58,423 nt of DNA from a virus (IMGVR_UViG_3300027822_000013:1-58423), one strand, 5' to 3'; positions 10,358 through 20,018 are shown, counted from the stretch's first letter. The notes: generated by a model from the sequence alone, not told the origin. Translations and numbers: made by a program.

Positions 10358-10863
10358 GTGCCTTCATCAGCGGGGTTGCCCCCAACCACCTTTGCTTTAT
10401 TCCCCACCAGTTGACGTACACGGGCTGCTTCATCGAAGCTTTCCTGACGTTGTTTCTGTTGTGACGCTTGAAAAGCCTGAACCATATTTGCCTGGGTGGC
10501 TGGGGGAAACAATTCAGCCCTTCGGGCTTCTGATTTGGCCAACCGTCTTCTCAGATTCAGTCTTTGTTTTTCAAGTTTATCAACCTGGCGGTCAACTTCC
10601 TCAATTTCCCCCACCAACTGAAGGTACTCTTTATCGAAGTCATCTTCATCAACAGGACCTTCCTTGTCCGGTTGTTCCGGGGGTGGTGCGGCCACAGCCA
10701 ACTCCCGATTAAAATCAGGGGCGGCGTCATTGATTTGTTTACGGGAAACAGGTTCCCCGTAAATTTTTTCAACAGCCTCAATCCTGGGCATACCGTCAGA
10801 TGTCCATTGTTCATCGTTGGCAGGATCAAGCTTTTTAAGAGCTTCAAATACAGGGTTTGTCAT
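10354..10863 (-). CDS. Virion-associated protein following the major capsid protein
   Basis: LDPANDEQWTSDGMP motif, coiled coil, synteny. Confidence 0.55.
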   Translation of the reverse strand: MTNPVFEALKKLDPANDEQWTSDGMPRIEAVEKIYGEPVSRKQINDAAPDFNRELAVAAPPPEQPDKEGPVDEDDFDKEYLQLVGEIEEVDRQVDKLEKQRLNLRRRLAKSEARRAELFPPATQANMVQAFQASQQKQRQESFDEAARVRQLVGNKAKVVGGNPADEGT

Positions 10864-11909
10864 CAGTACTCTCTAGTGATCAATCGGGCCATCTTGATCT
10901 GTTTACGTTCTGGAAATACTCGTTTCCAAGAAGTTCCAGCGGCCAAGTTTGCATTACTGGGACCACCCACTACGTCTGTGGGTCCAATATAGGCATACCC
11001 AGAAGGGTGAAAAGACCAAACAACACGACTGTGGAGCATAGTTTGACCACCACCGTTACCGGCATTAGGGTCCCAGTCGGTTTCACTAGGTTTAGCGTCC
11101 GGGGTGATACCCCAACGCATGCAAGCATTACCAAACACATAAGTGTGGAAAACACCAGCTGGTGTTTGAAGAGGACCTGCCCCTGCTGGATTAGGTAGTG
11201 AATCGTCAATCACCACCACAGAATTTTGGTAAATAGAGATTGTCTGTTTACCTTCTGTGTCTACCACCACGTCTTTAATAAGGTTGTTTTTCCGCATTCG
11301 GGCTTCAACGATAGAGTGGACAAAGATAGTGCCCAACATATCTTTACTGTCACCCATGGTAACTGTGGTGTCGATATAAGCAGAACTGGAAAAATCAGTG
11401 ACCCCCGCACTGTAGGCACCACCAGACACATCAACGGTCATATCCTTCTGGATATGAGTACCATCCAAATCTGGAGCCAGGTCATTGTCCTTGAACACCC
11501 CGACAATACAAGCCATGGCAGCAAATTGCGAACGGCGTTTCCAATAGGAAGCAACCAAATCCCCAACATTTTCAAGGGGGTTTTTCCCCGCCAGAGCACC
11601 AGCTAGCTTCATTTCAGCCCAGGACTGGTGACGCTGAAGGCGCACCGAAATTTCTGTGGCAGAAGTCCGCTTTTTGTGTTCTGGTGTTTGGTCAGGATCA
11701 TCTGACTGGATGTTCTCTTCATCGTTAGATAAATCGTTGAAGCTGGGGGCATTGAACGTCAAGCCGCCTCCCTCCAACTTATCATCCATGGCAGCATCTC
11801 TGACGATCATACCGGAATCAATCAGGCGATGTTTTTCGGTCGTTTTATTGCTGACATAGGGATCATAAATCTCAGGTACAACAACATCAGCCACTTGTGT
11901 AGTGGGCAT
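10863..11909 (-). CDS. Major capsid protein
   Basis: TQVADVVVPEIY N-terminus and WKRVFPERKQI C-terminus; GGAG RBS before ATG 11909; follows scaffold gene. Confidence 0.9.
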   Translation of the reverse strand: MPTTQVADVVVPEIYDPYVSNKTTEKHRLIDSGMIVRDAAMDDKLEGGGLTFNAPSFNDLSNDEENIQSDDPDQTPEHKKRTSATEISVRLQRHQSWAEMKLAGALAGKNPLENVGDLVASYWKRRSQFAAMACIVGVFKDNDLAPDLDGTHIQKDMTVDVSGGAYSAGVTDFSSSAYIDTTVTMGDSKDMLGTIFVHSIVEARMRKNNLIKDVVVDTEGKQTISIYQNSVVVIDDSLPNPAGAGPLQTPAGVFHTYVFGNACMRWGITPDAKPSETDWDPNAGNGGGQTMLHSRVVWSFHPSGYAYIGPTDVVGGPSNANLAAGTSWKRVFPERKQIKMARLITREY

Positions 11910-11988
11910 CTCACATTTCTCCAAATCTTAAGAGTGAGATGCCACACACATCCCGGTTACGAATAAAGGGCCACACACCCTGGTTGAT

Positions 11989-12783
11989 TTAAGCCGGGGG
12001 GGCTGTAGCACCCACTTCTGACCCGGCGGCTTTTGCCATCTGATCCGCTTTTGTTTTACCGTGGGCTGTAATAACCCCGGCTTGAGCAGTCATATTCCAA
12101 TTCTCTTTTGACCAAGGGTTGTCAGGATAGGAATTTCCATCTGAGCCTTGCGATCCCCCGCCTTCAGACATAGGCCACCAATGAGGTCTTTCCTGTTTCA
12201 TGGTTTGTTCTAACCAGTCGCCAGCAGTCATTGATCCATCCTTGGTCAACACTTCTCGGTCTTCTGTGAATTCAAAGACCTTGTCACCAGCAGCCAGAAT
12301 ATCTTCAATGGCGGTAGTCTGAACCTTAGCTTCAAGAGCAGCAGCCCGAACAACATCATGAATTTGTGTGGAAGTAATTTCACCACGTAATTCACCAGTG
12401 GTAACTCGTTCTGTGTCTAATTCTTCTTTCAACTTATCCCGCTCACGTTCGATAGGAGCAAGGCGGCGTTTGATCTTCTGTTCAACCAGTTCATCAACGT
12501 CTTTATCGTCTTTATCCCCATTGGACAAACGAAGCTCTTCAAGCTCTTCAAGTTCATCGTGAACCTTGTCTGGGTCAATACCGTCAAACTGTTTCAGTTT
12601 CTGCTTGGTTTCTTTATGCTCATCCCGTTCACGCTTATTTCCTTCGCGAAGGCGATCAATGTCTGCTTGGGTCTTCATACCCTCCACACCACTGAAGTTC
12701 CACACACCATCTTTTTCAGTGTACAGTTCTACATACCCGTTTGGAATGTCGTCACGGTCATCATATTTCAGTTTTAACTTCAT
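11989..12783 (-). CDS. Capsid scaffolding protein
   Basis: Charged coiled coil, PHWWPMSEGGG and NPWSKENWNMTAQ motifs; upstream of the capsid gene. Confidence 0.85.
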   Translation of the reverse strand: MKLKLKYDDRDDIPNGYVELYTEKDGVWNFSGVEGMKTQADIDRLREGNKRERDEHKETKQKLKQFDGIDPDKVHDELEELEELRLSNGDKDDKDVDELVEQKIKRRLAPIERERDKLKEELDTERVTTGELRGEITSTQIHDVVRAAALEAKVQTTAIEDILAAGDKVFEFTEDREVLTKDGSMTAGDWLEQTMKQERPHWWPMSEGGGSQGSDGNSYPDNPWSKENWNMTAQAGVITAHGKTKADQMAKAAGSEVGATAPPA

Positions 12784-12814
12784 GATTTCTCTTTACCTCA
12801 TTTTCATCGGTTTA

Positions 12815-13957
12815 TCAAGTCCTATTTACAATGGCATAGAGTTGTTTGATAGTAAGTTCTTTACCATTGTGATCAACAAACTGTTCCATTCGTATTTTCC
12901 CTGATCTAAATAGGGTCATACGCTCTTTCCCCAATACATCCTGTTGGAACCATTTGGGTTGTTTTCTCATCCACTCCTCATACGTCATCTTAGCCGGAAC
13001 CCGACCAATCATTTCACGTTTTCTTTTGGAAGCAAACTGATCAAACTTACCTTTATGACCATACCCTATTTCCTGGTCAGCAGGGAAACCGTTTTTCTGA
13101 TTATATTCTTTTACCAGTTGTCTCTTGGTTGAAGCATTAAAAGGTCTATGACCCAGGACCCTATCGTTCATTAAAGCAATTCTGATTGATCTACAACTCC
13201 AATGAAGGGGAGGTTTGGGTCCCTGCCCCGTTTTATATAAATTCCCATCCAACCCAGCGCATAACAGGGTGGTACGTCTATCCAGGGTGGCGGTATACCG
13301 TTCATTGCTGATGACTTCCTGATTCTCCAGAAATATGTCTTCACGTATTCGGTTAGCAAATGTTTGTAGTCCGGTTCGAGCTATTGTATCAGCATGACGT
13401 GCTGTAATTATCGTTTGGCCGTTGGTGCCCTTCAACTGGGCTGTCCCCACTATTCGTTCTGAGGCCTCACGAGCTGTCTGACCTTCCATCATGGCTATTC
13501 GTAACTGGGAGGTAATGCGAATGATATCATCGGACACCAATTTGTTTGCCCACACAGACATAACCTGACCCTGAAGGGGGGTGGTGGTAACTATTGAGGA
13601 TATAGCTTGGGGTGTTGGTAACAGAGTTTCAAATATTACAGGCAGGGATTTCTCGATAGACCGGGCTGTATGTTGGGCTTCAAGATCAACCAACTTTTGA
13701 GCCTCATCTTCAATGAGGTGGAAAACTCCCTCCAACGTGGATTTCCGAATTTTGCTGATGGCCTGTTCCATCGCATGGTATCGAGTGGTGGAAATGTTAC
13801 TCCCCAAAACAAACTGATCTGCGATGATTTGTCGCAGATCAGTTTCCGTGTCCTGAAGGAGCGTCAGAACACGATTTTGTACATGTTTCTCGTATCTCCT
13901 AAGATAGATTTGATGACGCAACATCAAATCTATTAGGATTTCATTTGAGGTAGGCAT
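12815..13957 (-). CDS. Head morphogenesis protein (SPP1 gp7 / Mu F family)
   Basis: ATLDRRTTLLCAGLDG and PPLHWSCRS motifs. Confidence 0.9.
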   Translation of the reverse strand: MPTSNEILIDLMLRHQIYLRRYEKHVQNRVLTLLQDTETDLRQIIADQFVLGSNISTTRYHAMEQAISKIRKSTLEGVFHLIEDEAQKLVDLEAQHTARSIEKSLPVIFETLLPTPQAISSIVTTTPLQGQVMSVWANKLVSDDIIRITSQLRIAMMEGQTAREASERIVGTAQLKGTNGQTIITARHADTIARTGLQTFANRIREDIFLENQEVISNERYTATLDRRTTLLCAGLDGNLYKTGQGPKPPLHWSCRSIRIALMNDRVLGHRPFNASTKRQLVKEYNQKNGFPADQEIGYGHKGKFDQFASKRKREMIGRVPAKMTYEEWMRKQPKWFQQDVLGKERMTLFRSGKIRMEQFVDHNGKELTIKQLYAIVNRT

Positions 13958-13959
13958 TA

Positions 13960-14442
13960 TCAGCCTTTTTCTGCAGCAATCTGTTCTTTGTCCACAAACA
14001 CACGAATGTTGCCCTTGGTATCTTCTTTGACCCCGTAACCGTGGTCATAATGAAGAAACTGGATAAGGGCACGGGCTTCTGATTTATAGTGATCCTCTTC
14101 CCACAAGGTTTTACCCTTTTCTGTATGGACTTCTTTATGAAGAGCCACCACATCATCCAAAGGTTTCCCCGGACGCTTGGTCAACATCGCAACCACCCGG
14201 CCACGAAACGATACTTCACGTGGTGCTTTATAGCGATCCAGAGCAAACGGGTAATTGAAGGGCACCACCTTACGACCCTTACGACCCTTGGGGGGTGAAT
14301 CCGGTAACACTTCGCGCAATCTTTCGATCCCTTTTGTTCTGGTGGCAAATTTCTTAATCTTTTTACCAGTTACCTCGTTATAGGTATCCAGAATGGTTTT
14401 GGTTGAAATACTGGTGAAGTCTGAATCTTTATACAGTTCCAT
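13960..14442 (-). CDS. Basic hypothetical protein, possibly DNA-binding
   Basis: 160-aa Lys/Arg-rich ORF with its own promoter and RBS (AACAAGGA). Confidence 0.6.
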   Translation of the reverse strand: MELYKDSDFTSISTKTILDTYNEVTGKKIKKFATRTKGIERLREVLPDSPPKGRKGRKVVPFNYPFALDRYKAPREVSFRGRVVAMLTKRPGKPLDDVVALHKEVHTEKGKTLWEEDHYKSEARALIQFLHYDHGYGVKEDTKGNIRVFVDKEQIAAEKG

Positions 14443-14484
14443 TTTAGTCTATCCTTGTTTCTAACAATCGTCAATCACAGCTTC

Positions 14485-14513
14485 TTTATAGTACCAGGTT
14501 CAGTGTAAGTAAA
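14485..14513 (-). promoter_or_regulatory. Sigma70-type promoter TTTACT-N17-TATAAA
   Basis: Exact 17-nt spacer and upstream A/T tract; points into 14442 and the head-tail operon. Confidence 0.7.
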
Positions 14514-14547
14514 GAAAAAATTCTGATTATGGTAAATTATTTTTCCG

Positions 14548-14579
14548 TTAATCATTCTTTAACCCTTTGTCAGTAATAT
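14548..14579 (+). promoter_or_regulatory. CtrA-box promoter TTAATCATTCTTTAAC with TAATAT -10
   Basis: Exact TTAA-N7-TTAAC; -10 lies 11 nt after the second TTAA. Confidence 0.75.
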
Positions 14580-14613
14580 GGTAATCATTGAAACTTAATA
14601 GGAGAGAGAGAAA

Positions 14614-14823
14614 ATGAAACTCACACTTAAAGAGAAAAAGAACCTGATTTCAATCGGTGAAGGCCATAATGTTGACTGCCTTCCCTCTTTGAAAAAGAAA
14701 AATCTGGTGTTCCCTGACGGAACAGGTCTGACCTGTACTGGGCTTGAAGAAGCCAACCGGATTAAGGAAATGCTGGATAAAAAAGCTGACGATGTTGAAA
14801 AGAAAGTGAGGCGACATGATTAA
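14614..14823 (+). CDS. Small hypothetical protein
   Basis: Strong RBS AGGAGAG; first gene of a plus-strand insert. Confidence 0.7.
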   Translation: MKLTLKEKKNLISIGEGHNVDCLPSLKKKNLVFPDGTGLTCTGLEEANRIKEMLDKKADDVEKKVRRHD

Positions 14824-15679
14824 ATTTCTTGGAATAATCCTCTTCACTGTAGGACTGATTTGCGCTCTTAACGATACCTGGATGAATATCGAGTATCAAT
14901 ATGGGCTGGAAAACGAAATCAACAGTTTGGTGGTTGGTGTAATTGTGATGGCGATCATTGCCAACATTGCCTTACCAGCTATTGAATGGGGAAACCAGGC
15001 TGGGAAACGGTCTCACATCCTCCCTCTGTTGATTGTATGGATGATGGCCGGAACATTTTCGTTTCTGGCTTCTGTGGAAAGATCAGGAAGTTCAGCTGAT
15101 GCGAAAATCACCACCATCCAAAACGAGAATAAAGGACTATCCAATGCCCAATCAAAACTCAAACGGGCTGAGGCGAAACTATCTAAGTACAGAGCAGTTG
15201 CTGCCAAGGAATACGTCAAGGTTTGTGATCGTAACGGAAAAGAGAACCGGACCCAGTGCCCAAAGTACTGGACAGCCAAGGATGAGATGGGAGCTGCCCA
15301 AACAGATAAGGACGTGGCTGAGGAAAAAATTGAAAATGCCTCCGCACCGATTGAAGTACACAGTGGTGGCAGAAGGCTGGCTGCGATCCTTCCTGTGGAC
15401 GAAACAGCATTGTCACTTTATCACCCCCTGCTGATGCCTCTAACCTTACCCATGGGGGGTTATGCCTTCCTGTGGTTAGCGTCCATGATGCTCAAGGTTG
15501 AATCCACTCCCCTAGAAGTGGTGACGGTGATGGACAAAAAGCAAGCCCTGGAATGGTACCGGGTTGAAACAGCCAAGGGCAATCGCCCTATGAATAAAGA
15601 ACTGGCTCAAAAAGCCCAAGTCACACCGGGGACCGCAAGCAAGTGGCTCAAAGCTGACCGCCTACAACATGCCTATTAG
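14816..15679 (+). CDS. Multi-pass membrane protein with Cys-pair coiled coil and C-terminal HTH-like tail
   Basis: About three N-terminal hydrophobic helices, coiled coil with C...C, a further TM, then NKELAQKAQVTPGTASKWLK. Confidence 0.7.
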   Translation: MIKFLGIILFTVGLICALNDTWMNIEYQYGLENEINSLVVGVIVMAIIANIALPAIEWGNQAGKRSHILPLLIVWMMAGTFSFLASVERSGSSADAKITTIQNENKGLSNAQSKLKRAEAKLSKYRAVAAKEYVKVCDRNGKENRTQCPKYWTAKDEMGAAQTDKDVAEEKIENASAPIEVHSGGRRLAAILPVDETALSLYHPLLMPLTLPMGGYAFLWLASMMLKVESTPLEVVTVMDKKQALEWYRVETAKGNRPMNKELAQKAQVTPGTASKWLKADRLQHAY

Positions 15680-15689
15680 GAGAGAAACG

Positions 15690-15881
15690 ATGACGAACAA
15701 TATTGAATACTACAAAGCTGAAGCTGACCTGGTAGAGTGGGTGAAAGCCAATCCTGAAAAAGCTGCTGAAGTGACCGCTCATTTCCTTACCGTAATGTGG
15801 GATGCCAACATTGTACGTCTTTACCACAAACTTGCTCAGGACATTGCTCAATGTCCTGTCACAGAGCTAAACCGGGGGTGA
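15690..15881 (+). CDS. Small hypothetical protein
   Basis: RBS AGGAGAG before ATG 15690; followed by a terminator. Confidence 0.65.
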   Translation: MTNNIEYYKAEADLVEWVKANPEKAAEVTAHFLTVMWDANIVRLYHKLAQDIAQCPVTELNRG

Positions 15882-15908
15882 CTCTCTCCCACTTCCTGGT
15901 TACAGGAG

Positions 15909-15943
15909 CACCCCCAGCACAATTCGGTGTTGGGGGTGTTTTT
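15909..15943 (+). terminator. Rho-independent terminator
   Basis: CACCCCCAGCAC/GTGTTGGGGGTG stem followed by a T-run. Confidence 0.85.
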
Positions 15944-15950
15944 GTGTCTG

Positions 15951-15998
15951 AAAACGACCCACCCCGGCTCTGTTAGCAAGCCGGGGTGAGGTCAGTTT
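15951..15998 (-). terminator. Terminator-like hairpin downstream of the portal gene
   Basis: CACCCCGGCT/AGCCGGGGTG stem; the AAAA at 15951 gives a U-run on the minus strand. Confidence 0.6.
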
Positions 15999-16163
15999 CT
16001 TGGGGAAACTTTTCATGTGGTTCAAGTTTCCCCTCTGGGGTTAAGAAATAATAAGGAAATAATAAGGAAACTTTTAACATTTCGCCCCCACTACTATTGT
16101 ACTGTTGGGGAAACTTGCAACTTTCCTAATGTTTCTTTAAAACTATAAATATTTTCCTAAGAA

Positions 16164-17621
16164 CTACTTTTCAGTTTCTTCTGATTTCTCTTCAGGTTTC
16201 TTATCGGGGTCACCTCCAAAGTTCAACAATCCGGCGATTGGTCCCTCATTGGCGATCAACTCCAACTCTTGCTCCATCGTGAATTCTGTGATGTCATGTT
16301 TGCGCATCTGGTTGTGGATAGTCTTCAACGAGATAGGTGCCCCAGTGAGTTTCGCTTGAGCATAACCTAATATCTCCTGGGCTAGCAGTTCATCGTTGAT
16401 GAAGTCCAGGTTAGGCTGTACCGATACCTCGTCAGGGTCAGCTCCCACCCACCTGGCTGCGATCTTCAAAGCCTCTTCAAGACCCTGACCCCCGGCGCGA
16501 GCGATAGTCACCAGATTGGCTGTTCTAGAGGCCATTCTGATTTTCAGAGCCTCCCCAGAGGCCCGACTTGATGACGCGCTAAAATCTAGGAGCTTGGCCC
16601 CCATATCTGCTGCTTTTTGCTTATCATTTACCAGAGCATCTTGTTGGAACTGCAATCCCGATGACCCCACACCAACATATTTGGCGTCTGCGCCAATAGG
16701 GAGATTCAACCTGGCCCCAGCTCCCACCCGGCTCTTTTTCCCCACCCCGGCTTTGCTTACTTCTGATTTGGCACCAATAACAACCAAGGTGTCTTGAGAC
16801 TGAAGATAAAGAGCCTGTCTGAAATCAGCCTCCTGACGATAGATTGCAAGACAGAGATTGCTCAAACCCGTCAGGGGAGGTCTTTGGGGATCAGGTACCA
16901 AATCTACAGAATTGATAATAACAAAAGGTAGTTCAGCAGGGGATTTTCCTGCAATGTTGTAGGGGGAATACGTGACCCCCTTTAAATCTACACTATCGGA
17001 CACCCCCTGGGTGGGGATTTCTTTGTCAAACCTGACTATTCGGAACTGGTTTTTGTCCACCCACTCGAAATGTTCTGTAGGCTGTTTTCCCGATTCATCC
17101 AGAAGTACAGCCTGAAGATGGCTGATACCTTTTTCATCGGATTTGGAAACCCAATTAACAATAGATTTGGAACTGTACAGAGATATATAGGGCAGGGCAC
17201 CGGGACCTTGCCCAGAGGCAACATCCATCATAAGTCCCAGGCGTCCTGTGGTCAACTGATGTTGATTGATCCGGCTAAGTAATGATAGAAGTGTTTCACC
17301 CTTGTTGGTGGCTTTTTTGCGCAAGGGTTCCAGCTTGGAAGGGAGTTCAATCACCGCAGGTTCCCGGTGGAGCAACCCATTCATGGTTTCAACAGCCTGA
17401 CGTACATCGTCAGGATATACAGCCCGGTCCTTATAGCGGGTATAGTCCACCACCCCCGGTTGGCCCGCCCCCATACCATCATACACCATCCCGGCGGTGG
17501 GTTTTAAATATTCCTCCCCCTTATCCTTGACAATGATCTCCCCCTCAAACGCATCCTCCAACTGTACCCACAGTCCATGATACTTGGTGAAGAGGGGGTG
17601 ATGCTTATTGGATGTAGTCAT
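16164..17621 (-). CDS. Portal protein (DUF4055-like)
   Basis: GEEYLKPT, Y..RAVY and PPLTGLSNL..AIYRQEADFRQ motifs; directly after TerL. Confidence 0.9.
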   Translation of the reverse strand: MTTSNKHHPLFTKYHGLWVQLEDAFEGEIIVKDKGEEYLKPTAGMVYDGMGAGQPGVVDYTRYKDRAVYPDDVRQAVETMNGLLHREPAVIELPSKLEPLRKKATNKGETLLSLLSRINQHQLTTGRLGLMMDVASGQGPGALPYISLYSSKSIVNWVSKSDEKGISHLQAVLLDESGKQPTEHFEWVDKNQFRIVRFDKEIPTQGVSDSVDLKGVTYSPYNIAGKSPAELPFVIINSVDLVPDPQRPPLTGLSNLCLAIYRQEADFRQALYLQSQDTLVVIGAKSEVSKAGVGKKSRVGAGARLNLPIGADAKYVGVGSSGLQFQQDALVNDKQKAADMGAKLLDFSASSSRASGEALKIRMASRTANLVTIARAGGQGLEEALKIAARWVGADPDEVSVQPNLDFINDELLAQEILGYAQAKLTGAPISLKTIHNQMRKHDITEFTMEQELELIANEGPIAGLLNFGGDPDKKPEEKSEETEK

Positions 17622-17626
17622 CTTGT

Positions 17627-19180
17627 CTAAATTCCTTCTGCCCTACCTGTTGACATGGTTCTTACTTCCTGACGCACCCTGTATCGACTTTCATCACCAA
17701 TATGGTCTTCAGCCTTTGAGTCAACATCATCCAAATCTTTATCTGACCGGGGAAGGGAGGGGATGGTGCGCAAGAACTGCTCACAATTATCGAATACGAA
17801 CAACCCTGGGTTTTCCCTGGGACCATACTCAGGGGACATTGCATCCTTCATCATTTTACGCATCCTCTGCCAACCCTGTTTCCGGCTCCCTGAAGACTTA
17901 TCTGCTGCCTCCCACTGGATGCCTGGATAGAGCTTGCCGTCAATCCTCACCTCAGCTTCCATATCCGTGGCCACACAATTATCGTTTTGCTCATCAAAGA
18001 TTGAACCATCAGCAATCCCAATTTCCGTCCTGTGGTGAAGTCCCCACTCCAATTCCCGCTCGATTATTCCCTGGGTGATCTGGTCTGCTGTCATCCTCAA
18101 CCCTTCGTTGGGAGTTCCGTTCCAACCATACCACTCAGCCAGTCTAAATAAATCTCCTGCTACCGTACTCATGTAAGAGCCATCAGCCAACTGGACATCG
18201 GTACCATCACTTTCAGCCCACCACCCCACAGAGAAAGGCCGTGATGAACCCCAGTCAAAGGAGCGATCAATGCGCCATGAAGGAGGTATCTTGAAAGGTT
18301 TGATGACCACTTTGTCTTTCGCCTCATACCATATATCATCAAACATCCCTCCAGCAACAATGTCCCAGTCCCCGTAAACCCATGCCCGGCGTTCAGCCGG
18401 GTTACGGGCAGCAGCAGCCACTCGATTAATATATTCAGGGTCAGCAGAAAGCAAGACTTTATTTTCATGGATTGTCCCATGGATCGCAAGTCTGGTTGGT
18501 TCAGGGGTTCCATCCTCCAATTTGCTGTTGGTAATAACCGTGGTGATCATCTTTCCCGGCTTGCACGGCAACTTGTATCTCGCCTTGACCCAGTTATGCC
18601 CAATACCATAGGGATTGGCTGTGGCACGAATTTTCAGGGGGATGCCTTTCACTGTAGAACGTAGGCACGACATCATGGACTTCAAACACTGATCGTTCTC
18701 CCACGTGGTAATTTCCTCCCAGGCTATCCACGGATAAGCATGACCATGATACTTCCAATAGTCATTAGGACGCTGGAACTGTCTAAACCGTAGTGTCTCC
18801 CCATCAGGAAAAGTCCAGAAACTCTTTTGTGTATTGAATTTCGCGCCAGGGTTGAACTGGGGTATCAACTTATGGGATTTCGCAATGACATCTTCCAGGT
18901 CTGGGTAAGATTTTCTGAATAGAATACCTCGCCACTCAGCTCCCCAGCCCTTGCCCACGTCTGCCAAATAGTCTACAAGGAGACAGTCAGTCTTTCCCGG
19001 TCCCCGTGTGCCCTCATACAGCACTTCGGTGGCTGGACAAGAAAGGAATTTCACCTGACTACCAGGTTGGGGTGCCCAAGCCACAGGTTTATAGGTTATC
19101 GGCTTGGTTTGGACCTTCATGAAAGGCCTGAGGCCCACATCTGTGTTGCGCCACACCAATTGTTCAGCTAAGTTGTTCAT
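17627..19180 (-). CDS. terL: Terminase large subunit
   Basis: Walker A YEGTRGPGKT, Walker B WIAWEE, ATANP, nuclease DRSFDWG and EDHIGDESRY. Confidence 0.95.
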   Translation of the reverse strand: MNNLAEQLVWRNTDVGLRPFMKVQTKPITYKPVAWAPQPGSQVKFLSCPATEVLYEGTRGPGKTDCLLVDYLADVGKGWGAEWRGILFRKSYPDLEDVIAKSHKLIPQFNPGAKFNTQKSFWTFPDGETLRFRQFQRPNDYWKYHGHAYPWIAWEEITTWENDQCLKSMMSCLRSTVKGIPLKIRATANPYGIGHNWVKARYKLPCKPGKMITTVITNSKLEDGTPEPTRLAIHGTIHENKVLLSADPEYINRVAAAARNPAERRAWVYGDWDIVAGGMFDDIWYEAKDKVVIKPFKIPPSWRIDRSFDWGSSRPFSVGWWAESDGTDVQLADGSYMSTVAGDLFRLAEWYGWNGTPNEGLRMTADQITQGIIERELEWGLHHRTEIGIADGSIFDEQNDNCVATDMEAEVRIDGKLYPGIQWEAADKSSGSRKQGWQRMRKMMKDAMSPEYGPRENPGLFVFDNCEQFLRTIPSLPRSDKDLDDVDSKAEDHIGDESRYRVRQEVRTMSTGRAEGI

Positions 19181-19213
19181 GAAAATGGACTATAATGGGG
19201 GTGGTTGCAAATA

Positions 19214-19245
19214 TTAACTGGTTATTAAGGTTTCAAGGTTAGGGT
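19214..19245 (+). promoter_or_regulatory. CtrA-box promoter TTAACTGGTTATTAA with TAGGGT -10
   Basis: TTAA-N7-TTAA-N11-TAnnnT upstream of the DUF2786-like gene. Confidence 0.65.
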
Positions 19246-19265
19246 AGTTGGAAAAGGAGAGAACT

Positions 19266-20018
19266 ATGACAAATAATGCGCAAAAGAAACTGGTAAGAAG
19301 AATCAAGAACCTCATGGACCTGGCTGGGAACAACACTTCAGAAGCTGAAGCTGTTGCCGCCATGGCCAAGGCTAGACAATTGATGGATGAATACGGCATT
19401 TCTGTGACTGATGTCAACGAGGTCGATGAAGAGTGGGGTCAGGCAGGAGTAGAATGGACCAGTGGTAAGGCAAGACGTGCTTATCACCGCTCATACCTTC
19501 TGGGAGGAGTGATTGGTCAGGTTTGTGGAACAACTATGTACCGATGTGGTGGTGAAGTATTCTTCTTTGGGCGAAAACATGAAGTTGAAATTTCCCATTA
19601 CATGTTGATGATGGTTCGCAACCTCGTTGAGGGAGCTTATCTGGGGTGGAAGAAAACCGACCAATACATGGTTATGCGATCTAGGGGCGCGCATGCTCCC
19701 CGACTGAAGACCTCATTTGTTAATGGTATGGTCGCCAGCCTTCATCTCAAGCTTCAGGACATGATCCCCCAACCGGGGGAGGGGAGTGGACGTGACCTGG
19801 TGGTCTGTCATCAGGCCGTCATGGAGAGAAAATTGAAGGAGTTTGGTTTAGACATTAAATCCAGTCCTGTGAGTCTGGAGAAAGGTGACCTTCAAGCCGG
19901 GGTGGCTGGTTACGAAGCTGGAGAAAATGCCCAACTCAGTTCTGGTGTTGGTAAATCTGGGAAAGAGACTGGTGGTTTAACGAGTGGTGTAACTGGTGTG
20001 AAATTAATTGGGGGATAA
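19266..20018 (+). CDS. DUF2786-domain protein
   Basis: RIKNLMDLA...EAEAVAAMAKARQLMDEYGIS, FFG and SFVNG motifs; RBS before ATG 19266. Confidence 0.85.
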   Translation: MTNNAQKKLVRRIKNLMDLAGNNTSEAEAVAAMAKARQLMDEYGISVTDVNEVDEEWGQAGVEWTSGKARRAYHRSYLLGGVIGQVCGTTMYRCGGEVFFFGRKHEVEISHYMLMMVRNLVEGAYLGWKKTDQYMVMRSRGAHAPRLKTSFVNGMVASLHLKLQDMIPQPGEGSGRDLVVCHQAVMERKLKEFGLDIKSSPVSLEKGDLQAGVAGYEAGENAQLSSGVGKSGKETGGLTSGVTGVKLIGG

